Assembly (NCBI GenBank): GCA_033442325.1
Contig: JAWQFM010000001.1
Location: forward strand, 2,161,308-2,225,307
Direction: 5' to 3'
DNA: 64,000 nucleotides
From: Salpingoeca rosetta
Lineage: Eukaryota; Protista; Choanoflagellata
This document shows positions 19,378 to 45,136 of the stretch, piece after piece (position 1 is the stretch's first letter; the number at the start of each line of letters is the position of its first letter). The notes under the pieces are model-generated. The model did no database searches and had not been told where the DNA came from. It saw nothing but the letters and a program-made list of their open reading frames with translations. The position numbers were made by a program, and so were the translations under genes.

Positions 19378-19659
19378 GCGGAGCGCGAGTCGGAGTTTTT
19401 GGACCGGCAAAAGATCGGGTAATGAGTAACGCACGACGATCTAACAGTCCTGTAGACGCTAAGTTTTCACGACAGGGATTCGTTGTGGCAAAAGACTCGT
19501 TGGGCCGGGCTGTTAAGGCATCAGTGGTCAAAAAAGTATTCTCGCCGCGATACCTTAGGATAACATTTGTCGCTATGCCGGCAGCCATGGAGTACCATCT
19601 CCGGAGCATTCTAGCCGCGTGTACAGTACTCTATAAGCGTTGCGTTGGGTTAGCCTAAG
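19373..19659. mobile_element. Compositionally atypical insert in a (TG)n tract; possible truncated/solo LTR, structured RNA or foreign fragment
   Basis: High-complexity, TA-dinucleotide-rich sequence with sharp edges against TG repeats. Begins TGTAAG, has a CTATAA box at 19631, and TAAG occurs at both edges. No TIR or clean TSD seen. Confidence 0.3.
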
Positions 19660-19717
19660 TGTGTGTGTGTGTTGTGTGTGTAGTGTGTGTGTGTGTGCGG
19701 TGTGTCGTGTGTGTGTG

Positions 19718-19765
<48 letters not shown>

Positions 19766-20215
19766 AGAAGCGACGCAGCTCTGTTGTGTAGTTCGGGAGT
19801 CAAAAATTGTAAAACGCCAACAAATGTTGAGATGCATGAGGCCATCGAAAGGATGGGGCTGACAACGCGCTGAAAGAGTTGTTTATGAAGTGTGGTAACG
19901 ACAACAGTGAGGGCGCTTGTGGTTGCGGCAGCTGAAAGCGATGGAAGAGGAGGAAGGGGGAAGGACAGGGACGGGTGGAGGGATGGGTGAATGGATGGAT
20001 GGATGGATGGGTGTATGGATGGATGGATCAAACGAACGACCAGGGGAAAAGACGAGAGGAGAAACGAGGGCAGCGGGAACGAGGGAGAAACAACAAGGTT
20101 GATTACACAACGCTGGACCACGGCAATGGGCGCCTCACACGTGCATCGTTGTAACGAGTCATTGTGAGAGACATAGCTTGTGTGCATGTGGGTTGACCTG
20201 CGTGAGTGTGAACGG

Positions 20216-20770
20216 TTAGGAGGATGGCGCGGGCGCGTTGAGCTTCTGGCACGCAGTGTGGATGGTTTCGCGCTTCTTGCAGATGGCAAAGCGGACGAGC
20301 GTTGACAGGTGTGGGTCGGATGGGTCCGTGGAGAAGAGGGACAGCGGGACACACGCCACGTGCTTGTGGGCCGCGAGCCATTTGCAGAACGTCATTGCAT
20401 CCATGCCTGTGGATCGCACGTCGGCAATGACAAAATACCCGCCCTCCACGTTCGTGACATCCAGGCCCATCGCCGTCAAGCTGGCGCTGAGGTCCTTTGC
20501 ATTTGCTTCAAAGAGGCGTGCCACCTCGGCCATCTGCTCCTTGGATGTTGCGTCAAGGGCGCCAGCAACAGCGTGCTGCAGCGGCGTTGGTGCGCAGAAG
20601 CTGCAGAAAGACTTCTTCTTCGCAATCGCAGCAATCCATTCCTGTACACCAGGTGCACGAGCGCACATGGGGTGTGTGAATACGTGTGAGTAACAGAGTC
20701 GTTTGAGCACTGCAACCCTCACACGATCACACACACATACACACGCGCGCGCACACACACGATCACACAA

Positions 20771-20853
<83 letters not shown>

Positions 20854-22630
20854 CACCTTGGGGCCGGTCCACCAGCCAATGCGCCAGCCCGTAAGGGAGA
20901 ACATCTTGGAGGCGCTGCCGAGGGTGAGGGTGCGTTCGCGCATGCCAGGTAGGTCCGCAAGGCGGCGGTGCGTGTGGTCGCCAAACACAACGCACTCGTA
21001 CACTTCGTCAGAGAGCGCAATGAGGTTGTGCTTGCGGCACACGGAGGCGATTGCTTCCAGCTCTGCCTGCGTGAGGACGCGGCCTGTTGGGTTGTGCGGG
21101 GTGTTGCTGATGATCATGCGTGTCTTCTCACTGACAGCCTGCTCCAATGCTTCCTCCGTCAGTGCAAAGTTGGGCGGTGACAGCCGCACAACCTGCACGG
21201 CACACGTGATAGGTGTTGTTGATGAGTGATTTTGAGTGTACACGTGTGTGTGTGTGCATGTGTGCATGTGTGCATGTGTGCATGCGTGTGTGTGTGTGTG
21301 TGTGTGTTTGTGTGTTCGTTTGTGCGGATGTTCCGATGGGCATATTGGTAAGCGGGCAGGTGGGTTTGCAAAGAGGCGGACGGACAAATCCAAAACCAAG
21401 AGATGAATAAACAGAGACGGAGACACGCTCAGAGGAAGTACAACACAGGAAGTATATGCACACACTCACACTCACACTCACACTCACACACTCACACACA
21501 CACACACACAAACATACACACACACACAAACACACACACACACACAAACACAAGCGAAGGACGTACCTTGGGAACGGCATGTGCCTGTTCCAGGTGCGGG
21601 AGATACCATGGAAAGTAAGGCTCGAAGATGATGACTTCATCGCCAGGCTTGAGCAGGCTTTGGGTGGCGGCGTAGAGCGCCTCGGTGCCCGAGGTTGCAA
21701 CACAGACCTCGGTGTCCGGGTCATATGTAGCGCTCTCGCCATACCATGCCGTGTAGAAGCGGGCCAGCGCCTCACGCAGTTGCGGCACGCCTGGCATCGC
21801 ATGAGCAGACCGTGGATGGGCACGCACACCCGGGAAGGGGGGGGGAGCAGCATAAACCCAGAAATGAGCTCATGATAATGGGGATGATGGATGGGTGAAT
21901 GGGTGAATGGGTGAATGGGTGAATGTGGAAAGAAGCGGGAAAGGGTTGCCAAGCGTGAGTTGATGTGACACACCAATGGCTGGGGAGTACTGGTTCACGC
22001 TAAAGTCATCCTCGGCGCCATTGAGGATGATGTCTGCAGCAAGTTCGCGTGCCTTGCGGTCACCTGTGACAAACAAACAAACAAACAAAAACAGCATGAG
22101 GAAAGTGATGTCATGTGCATGTAAAGTGAAGTGACCTGACGTTCGTACAACAATGGAGGAGGGAAAGCTTGTTGGGGTGCAGCACAAATCCTCTAGGTGC
22201 ATGGTCGTGCGAGACCCACGTGTGTCCCTCACACGCCCAAGTCCCGGCTTGCCCTCCCCGTCACACACACACACACACACATGACAAATTGTGCACCTGG
22301 GAGGTCAGGGTAGCCTTGGCTGAGATCTGTGACGCCTGGTTGCTTGCCAAGGGCAATCACCTCCATCCATAGGTCTGCTGCTTTGTTGCTGCTCATGGCT
22401 GTCGTATGCACTCCTCGAACGTGCTGAGTCCACTGTCGGTTCTCTCCCGCTGTTGCTGCTGCTGCTGCTGTTGCTGCTCCCGCTGCTCCCGCTGCTGCTC
22501 CCGCTGTCCCCAGCGCATGTACACTAGCTTGCGTGAATGGTGGTCGCACCAAGCCCTCTCTGACACTGGCAGCACCGAAAACAGCAGAGGCAGCAGCGCG
22601 TCGTCGTTGTCCTCCAATCACCCGCCACAT
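20216..22630 (-). CDS. PLP-dependent class I/II aminotransferase (kynurenine/methionine aminotransferase KYAT/YbdL-like) with mitochondrial-type presequence, 5 exons
   Basis: DLSQGYPD, NQYSPAIG, ATSGTEAL, IFEPYFPWY, NTPHNPTG, SDEVYE, GSASKMFSLTGWRIGW (PLP lysine), EGGYFVIAD, VRFAICK. Confidence 0.92.
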
Positions 22631-23473
22631 CTCACATCCAATCAAACCACACCACACACCCTTTTTGCTTCGCTTGGTGGTGTTGTTGCTCGCTGTCCTT
22701 GCTGGCCGAAGAAATGCTGACTCAGGACGTTTGGCGTGCTGAAATTTCATGAACGACACGCACTGATTGTCCTTCCACAAAAAGATAGAGAGGCATGGAC
22801 ACGCGACCAAAAGAAGCACAAGCAGCAGGCGCAAAAAGCGCTTCCCGCTTGCTCTGGCTTTTGTGCCTTTTTCCCTCTTGCTGGTCTTCTCTCTCATCTT
22901 CCTCCTTGTCTCGTGTGCTTCGTGTCACCTTGTGGTGTGTGTGCTTCGTTTGTCTTGTCTTGTGTCGTGTGTCGTGTACGTCGTCGTCTTCGGCCTTTCC
23001 CCCGCTTTCGTCTCGCTGTTGGTCTCCCGTGATCTTCGTCGCGTCGGTTCCGTGTACCGTTTCGTACTTCCGTCGTCGTCGTCGTCGTCGTCGCCTTACC
23101 TTTGTTCTAACAAACGTACGTTCGCGTGCCACTGCGCGGTGGCGTCGTTTGATCAGACTTCGTTGTGTGGTGTATGGGGCTTGTGTGAGCGGGCGTCTGT
23201 GCATGTGCCTCTGTTCACGTGTGTGGGTATGTGTGCATTTGCATGTGTTGCCTCTCGACACAAGCCCTTCTCCCTTCCTCGTGCGTCCGCCCTCTTGGTC
23301 GCCCATCGCCAGTTGCTTCCTTGCTGCTGCATGTCGTTGTCCGCATTCGCGTCACCGTGCATCTTTGCTCCGCGTGCCGGCTCTTCCACATTGACGGAAA
23401 CGAGACCATATGAATCAAACTCATGTCTTTATTATGCCACCCGCCAACGTGTCATCGCTGTTTGATTTGTTCC

Positions 23474-24289
23474 ATGGACAGGAACATGACTGACGCTGCC
23501 CCTCCCGTCACAACCCCGGCCACCATGCCCCCTCCCAAGGACGAGGATGCCATCAAGCTCTTTGTTGGCCAGCTCCCCAAGTCCTATGGCGAGGAGCAGT
23601 TGACTGCCCTTCTCCAGCCCTATGGTGCCATCCATGACATGATGATCCTCAAGAACAAGATGACCGGCGAGTCCCGAGGCAAGTCTGGCTGGCTGCATGT
23701 GTGTGCATGGGTTTGGCTGTCTGTGCGTGTGCTTGTTTGTGCCGTCGGTCGCTTCAGTCGTTCGTGGTGTACTGCGCATGCGTGCATGCGTGCATGCTGC
23801 ATTTCATGTTGTTGCGCCGTCTTTCTCGCCGTGTGGTCTCAACTTGTATTGTTTGTATCGCCTGGCTCACACCAACTTGCTTTGCTTTGTTTTTGTTTCG
23901 CAGGCTGCGCTTTCGTGACCTTCTGCTCCCGCCAATCTGCTCTGAGCGCCATTGCTGATCTCCACGAGAAGCGTACTCTTCCCACCGTACGTTCCATCAC
24001 ACCGTTCCTTTGTTTTGTGCGTATGTGTGTGCTTTTTTGTGTGCGAGGGGTGAGCACTCTTGTGTGTCGTGCATGTGGTGAGCACGCTCTGTGCGTCAGA
24101 TCGTGCGGCAACCTCTCAAAAGTTTTGGGTTTTGTTCTCATGGTGACCACGATTCGTTTTGTCGATGTTGTCCGTGTAGATGGCCAACCCCATGCAAGTC
24201 AAGATTGCGGACAGCGAGCAGCGTGGTGGTGTGTTTCCCTCTGCAATTTGTGCTTCAGTGGTCCGTTTTGTTGTGTGTTTGCGTCTGTG

Positions 24290-24365
<76 letters not shown>

Positions 24366-26263
24366 AGTTTTCGGTGTTGCTGTGCTCGCTGCCACGCTCT
24401 TGTGTTCTTTGTTGCCTTTTCTCACTCACCGGTTCGCCCCATGCCCGCGCTTCGCTGTACTTTTTTTTTGTTTGAATTTTTTTTTCAGATGACCGCAAGC
24501 TGTTTGTTGGCATGATCTCCAAGACATGCACCGAGGCCGACCTCGAGGCCATGTTCCGCCCCTTTGGCGAGATTGAGAGCGTCAACGTCCTCATTGGCCC
24601 CGAGGGCCAGAGCAAGGGCTGCGCATTTGTCAAGTACACCAACGCTGGCTCCGCTAACCAGGCCATTGCCAAGCTTCACAACAGCACCACCATGGAGGGT
24701 GCGCTTAGCCTAACCGCCTTGCACCCTGCGCTTGTTGCGTGGGTGCGGTTGATTGTTGATTTCACCACGCTTTTCGTTTCTGTCTGTGTGTATACGTGCA
24801 TGTGTGCGTGAGTGTGTGTGTGTGTGTCTATGTAGAGCAATGTGACTGCTTGCTTGGCCAGCCCAGACATCCTCACCCCCTCACTTGCACAACATGTGCA
24901 CGCACACGCACACACGCACACGCGCGCATCAGGCTGCCGCGCGCCCATGGTTGTGAAGATTGCTGACACAGAGAAGCAGAAGCAGCAGCGCCGCATGCAG
25001 CGCCAGATGCCGCCCATGGGCATGTACGGCTTCCCACCCAACGCCATGTTTGGCGCACAGGACATGGCCCAGGCAATGTACGGCGTCCAGCAGTTCAACG
25101 GTAGGTGATCGTGCCTTGCTTCCGCGCGGTGTTCTCGCAACCGTCGCCCGCCGCTGCCGCCGCCACCACCACCACCACCACGCCCGCCACACCACTCTCT
25201 TGGCTGTCTTGAGTGGCGTTCCTTTCTGTTTGTGCCGTTTCTTTGTCTGTTTGGCTCGTTGCAACATTCAGGGTCCTATCAGTTGCTGTTTTGTTGTTTA
25301 AGTTTAAGTTGTTTGTGTTGTTATTGTTGTATGAGTTGCTGGTGATCGTGTCAGTCGTGTGGCGCCAAGGAATATGTTTGGTGGCTGGCTTGACGCGGCT
25401 GGTGCGCGTTCACACTCTCTGTTTTATTGGCTGCTCGCTCGTTCGTTCCTGGGGGTTTTCCTTCTGTGCCCACCACTGGATGCGTCCACGAGTGCGACCG
25501 GCTTTTGTTGGCTGCTACATGCCTCAATCCCTCGTTGCTTGCCCCTTGTGCTTCCTCCGCCCCTTGCTCTGCCCATTACCCTCCATTCCTGTCTTCGTTT
25601 TGTTCAATTTCGTTGCTCCATCCCTGGCTTGCTTGCCTCTTCGCTCTCTATGGCGCGTGCGTGGTTTGTGGTTGGTGGTGTTGCGTGGCCTCGGTTGCTG
25701 TTTTTTGTTCCTCGGTCGTCCTGTTTGTGTACACATCGTTGTCGTTGTTGTGTCTGTACATATGGTGGTACCTGTGTTTGTATGTGCGTCTTGTCTTGTG
25801 TGTTTGTCTGTGTCTGTTTTTGTGCGTGTGTGTGTGTGTATTTCTGTCCGTTTGTGGTTGCGTGTATGTCGTTCTGTGTGCATCTTTTTCGTCCGCGCAT
25901 GTAGTTGATGCTGAGTGGTATCCAGGTGCCGGCTTTGGCCAGCAGCCGTACGCGCAGGCCCCATATGGCGGCGCCGCCCGCGCCCCGCAGAAGGAGGGCC
26001 CGCCCAACTCCAACCTCTTCATCTACCACCTGCCCCAGGAGCTGAACGACCACTCGCTCGCCGCTACCTTCATGTCCTTTGGCAACGTCATCAGCTCCAA
26101 GGTCTTTGTTGACAAGTACACGGGCCAGAGCAAGTGCTTCGGCTTTGTGTCGTACGACAACCCCCAGTCTGCCCAGGCTGCCATCCAGGCCATGAACGGC
26201 TTCCAGATTGGCGGCAAGCGCCTGAAGGTCCAGCTCAAGCGCCCCAAGAACGCCCCTTACTGA
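23474..26263 (+). CDS. CELF: CELF/Bruno-like RNA-binding protein (three RRMs)
   Basis: RRM1 [21 protein letters not shown]; RRM2 [35 protein letters not shown]; RRM3 [49 protein letters not shown], which is diagnostic of CELF. Confidence 0.95.
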
Positions 26264-26950
26264 GCGTCATCGCCACTCCCCCTTCTCAACCTCACCAGCG
26301 CGCCTTTCCTCGCTCCCTCCTCAACTTGTCTCTGGTTGACTGACTAACATGCGGCACTGTGAGCTCCAAGTGCGCGTGGCCCCTTTACCCGCTGTCGTCG
26401 CGTGTCTTGTTGTTGTTCCTTGTTCTGTGTTGCTTCGACGACGTGTGTGGGCTGTGTACGGTTGCTGTTGTTCATGTGTCTGCTTGCTGTGTCGTTGTGG
26501 ACTGAGGAGTGCTGCGAGGTGGACTGTATCCGCTCACGGGGGTGACACCAAACACGCACACATACACGACCCCCAGCTGCCGCGCGATTGAGAGATCCAA
26601 TACAAAAGCAAAAGCCTTCGACAACCGAACGACAAATGCATGATGCTGGTTCCCTTGCCTTTTTATGTTTGTAATGCGGGGAGGGGGGAGGGACAAAAGG
26701 CACACATGCCTGTGAGTGGTTCTCGTGTGTGCACAAGAGAGAGGGGAGGGGGTATGTTGATTGGCTGCGTAAACAAACCCACACGCTCATCAAGATAACG
26801 TTGAAATGTACATGGCATGAAGACGGCGTGAATATGCACAGATGAAGTAGTGCCTGCAATGGTGGTTCATGTACGAACACTGTCGGTAACAAACGTGTAC
26901 AAGAGCACAGAGAGCGGAGGGAGGGAGGGAGGGAGAGAGAGGGAGAGAGA

Positions 26951-27021
<71 letters not shown>

Positions 27022-27028
27022 ACACACA

Positions 27029-27092
<64 letters not shown>

Positions 27093-27133
27093 GGGAGGTT
27101 CAGTTAAGCTAACTTTGCGTATGAGCGCCAGCT

Positions 27134-34097
<6,964 letters not shown>

Positions 34098-34257
34098 CTT
34101 CGCCTGCCTGCTTCCTGCTTGTTGCTTGCTTGGCCGTTTCAAGTTGGGAAGATTGGCGAATGATTCCATACAGCTTTCGAATTGTTTGAATTTTGTTGCG
34201 GCGGCAAATTCAAACCACACCAGCCAGCAGAGGCGATAGCTGAGAGCGTCATCGGAG

Positions 34258-34341
<84 letters not shown>

Positions 34342-34441
34342 NNNNNNNNNNNNNNNNNNNNNNNNNNNNNNNNNNNNNNNNNNNNNNNNNNNNNNNNNNN
34401 NNNNNNNNNNNNNNNNNNNNNNNNNNNNNNNNNNNNNNNNN
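34342..34441. other. Assembly gap (100 N)
   Basis: Run of N inside a (CA)n tract between RPGRIP1L and the TBC gene. Confidence 0.99.
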
Positions 34442-34506
<65 letters not shown>

Positions 34507-34531
34507 GCACACACACAAGCACAAGCACAAG

Positions 34532-34564
<33 letters not shown>

Positions 34565-34574
34565 CGCAAGGACG

Positions 34575-40685
<6,111 letters not shown>

Positions 40686-41074
40686 CGTGGTACCGCTGCT
40701 GGCCTCGGCCTGTTCTTGCGCCGCGTTGCGTTGTGGGATGCGTCGTACTTGCGTCGAGTCCCGCTCTTTGCTTTCTTCGTGTCCAGGCGTGTTCCTTTTG
40801 CCTTGGCGCACGTCGTTTTTACTTGCCTGCTCTTATTTTCACATCGCTACGCTGGTGTCGGTGCTGCTGGCCTTCGCTTGCACGTGCTTTGCCCATTGCT
40901 TCGTTCATTGCCCTGCTGTTCTTCCGCCCGCCCTGTGCTGCGTGCTCTTGTTCCCGCTTCCTTTGTACCTGCTTTCTCTTGTTTGATCGATATTACTTGA
41001 CTGTTGCTTGCCCTGCTGCCGATTGCAGCCGCAGCCGTTTGCGTGCGCTGCTTGTGATAGACCGTGTCACCCCG

Positions 41075-41966
<892 letters not shown>

Positions 41967-42233
41967 CTTCACCGTCCTTCGCCTTGTGAATGGAGGACAG
42001 TGTCCTGGTTTTAGTACAGCACAAAATTAGACCAGCAACGACGAGTGTGTTGGCTGGTGGCGTTTTTGCTGTGTTGTTTTGTTTGTGTTCCCTCCTCCTC
42101 CTTTTGTTTGCTTCTTTCGTGTTCTTCTTCACGACGTCCCTCGTCCGCGACACCCACTCTCATCTTCCTCTCTCACCCCTTCCTCCCTCTAGTTGAGCAG
42201 CACGACCCTGTTGTTGCAGGAGTGGCGGCCGAT

Positions 42234-44366
42234 ATGGCGGTGGACAAGAGCAAAGCGGCGTTTGGGCTGCTGCACAAGCCCATGCTGGCGCTGGTGCTGA
42301 TTGCTGACGTGTGGATTGTGTTTTTCCCGTCGCCGGAGCTTGGCAAGTATGTGATGCCGGTCCTGCAGGCTGCCGTCTTTTGGGCACAGAACATGGTTTG
42401 CCTGGTCACTGGCGACAAGCCCATGACCCCAGAGACCTTTGAAGGCGAGTTCCCCGTCGCCACCGTTATCCCACTGAGCCTTGCCATGGTTTTGGGCTTC
42501 TTCCTAGCCGAACGCATTGTCGAGGTGAGTCAACTGTGCCGTGGCGAATGAGGGTGGCGTGCACTGTTGTGTCATGGACAGGTTTGTGCACTGTTGTGTC
42601 TGTGTGTTTTGCGTGTTTGTGTGTTTGTGTGTTTGTGTGTTTGTGTGCGTGTTTTGTGTTTCTGTGTATGTGCGTGGTGTATGTGAACTGTTTGCGCCTG
42701 CTCGTGTGCTCGTGTATGCTACCCCTGCTTGTACTGGCCACTCGTGTGTGAGTTTTAGTTGTTGCAAGCAGAGACATACTCTGTCCCTTCAAATCCCTTC
42801 AACACATTCACACACACACTGCCGCTCACGTGCGCACGCACGCACACACATACGTATCCTGCAGTTTGTGAGTAAGCGGTTTGCCGAGCCCACAGACGCA
42901 CCAAAGTTTGCAGAGTGCTTTGTACGTTGTAGCTACTACACCATCATGTTCTTCGTCGCCCTCTACGTCATTAGCACTGAGGACTACTGGCCAAACACCC
43001 GCAACTGCTGGGTCAAATCCCAGGCCACGTACGTGTCTTGTCTTCCCCCCTCCCCACCCACCTTGCTCCACTTGCCCACACCCCTCTGCACAAAATGCTC
43101 CCCAAAACACCACTTTCTGTTGCTTTTGTGGTCCTTGACTTCTCCCCTCAGTCCTTCAACGCACATATGCGCGCTCACTAGCTCACTCATCTACCCACTC
43201 ACCCACCCACTCATCCACCCACTCACCCACCCACTCACCCACCCACTCACCCACTCATCCACGCACGCAACATGCGATGTTTACACTCGCCACAGAGGCG
43301 AGCACCGACAGCCCAAGCCGATGATCCTGCAAGTGAACTACATCGTGGAGCTGTCCTACTACATTTCTGGCATTGTGCTGCACACACTCGTTGATGAGAA
43401 GCTGACCGACTTTTGGATCATGCTCCTTCACCACGTGGTCACCGTCTGCCTGCTCGCCTTTAGCTACTTCCACAACTTCCACCGCATCGGCATGCTTGGT
43501 GCGTTGCTCCGCCCTGCTCGGTGTTCCAGGGTTGATGTATCGTTGTTGTATCTTCTGTTGTGTAAGCTGTCATGCTACGCTCCATCGCTCACCCCTGCGC
43601 CCATGTTGTGTGCGTGTGTGTGTGTGTGTGTTCCTGCCCTGCCGCTGGTTACAGTGTTGATGGTGCACGATGTGAGCGACATCTTCCTCGACTCGGGGAA
43701 GTGCTTCCACTTTCTTAAATGGGAATCGTTTGCCACCGTGACGTTCGTTGGCCTCATCACATCGTGGGCCATGTACCGCCTCTACCTCTATCCAACAAAG
43801 GTGAAGAGTGCACTTGTGTGTGTGTGTGTGTGTTAGTGCGTGTGAGTTTGTGTATCTGTGTGTGTGCATGTATGTTCGTGTTCGTGTGCGTGTGTGCTTG
43901 TGTTTTGCGTGTGTGAATGCGTGCTCATGCCTCACGTCACCCTTTACTTCACACACATACCAACCCCTATGCAATCCCCTGTGCAACCGCTCACTTGCCC
44001 ATCACCACCACCAATGCCACTGCCACTGCCAGCTGCTGTACTCTGCTGCTTTTGAAGGATACGAGGTCACGTTTGTTGACGAGGGACACGAGCCCTTCAC
44101 CATGTTCTATCTCCTCAACATTTGGCTCAACATCCTCCAGGTGCCCGCTCCCTCTATGCACCCCCCTGCTCTTGCTTCATGCTGCATGCTGCTCTTGCTG
44201 CATGTACTGCCCTTCCTTGCGTGTCTGCTCTTGCTCTGGTGTCAGGTTGTCTGTTGGGATGGTTTTTGCAATCTCCCTTCACACACACACACACACTCTC
44301 TCTCTCTCTCTCTCACACGCTCACACACACGCATGCACACACACGCGCTCACGCACGCACACACAC

Positions 44367-44398
<32 letters not shown>

Positions 44399-44527
44399 GG
44401 GTGCCATCCTTTGTAGGTGTTGCACGTGTACTGGTTCTATCTGATCTTGAAGGTCGCATACAAGCACTTGATGGAGGGCGAGCTGCGGGATGTGCGGATG
44501 GAGAAGGACGCAAAGAAGGCCCAATGA
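42234..44527 (+). CDS. CERS: Ceramide synthase (LAG1/TLC domain), no homeobox-like domain
   Basis: KFAECFVRCSYY, Lag1 motif DFWIMLLHHVVTVCLLAFSY..RIGMLVLMVHDVSDIFLDSGK, RLYLYP, LQVLHVYWFYLILKV, DVR, C-terminal KKAQ ER-retrieval signal. Confidence 0.93.
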
Positions 44528-45015
44528 GCACAACCTACAACCAGGACAACACACGCACCCTATCTCTGTCCCGCGCGCGCATATAGAAACACTGCTTTTG
44601 TTTGTGTGTGTATGTGTGTTTGTGTGTGTGCGTGTGTGTGCGTGCATGAGCCCAAGTGCGCCTGCACAACTGCACGCACCGCCACACTTTGTGTTGTTGT
44701 GCCTTTGGCGGTGGTTCGTCGCCAGTGATGTACAGCTTGTTTGGTGCCGCTGGGTTCTTTCATTGAACCGAAATCCACCATTGTGATAGCCGCTCTTGCT
44801 CGCACAGTGTGTGTGTGTGTGTGTGTGTGTGCGTGTGTGTGCGTGTGCCTGCGTGCGTTCGTGTGCATGTCCCGTGCATGAAGTTGTGACGTTGTGACAT
44901 TGTGACATTGTGACGTTGTGGCGTGTGGTCTACTCAAATCATCGCCCCCTTTGCAACTAAACACAGCGTGATAGTAGATTGCACGGCAGGCAACGAGACA
45001 AGCGGCGTGTGCTGT

Positions 45016-45109
<94 letters not shown>

Positions 45110-45136
45110 CACGGAGACACACAGCAACCGCTGTAG

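Noticed and set aside
19373-19659. Island as snRNA, SRP RNA, telomerase RNA or hammerhead ribozyme
   Set aside because: Only short chance matches (CTAACCC, TGCCTTAA, Sm-like GTTTTTGG) and no complete diagnostic core recognised, so it is left as unidentified.
19373-19864. Complete solo LTR from TGTAAGC to GCTGACA
   Set aside because: The ends are imperfect inverted repeats, but the flanks (gtgtg versus acgcg) give no target-site duplication and no PBS or PPT is evident.
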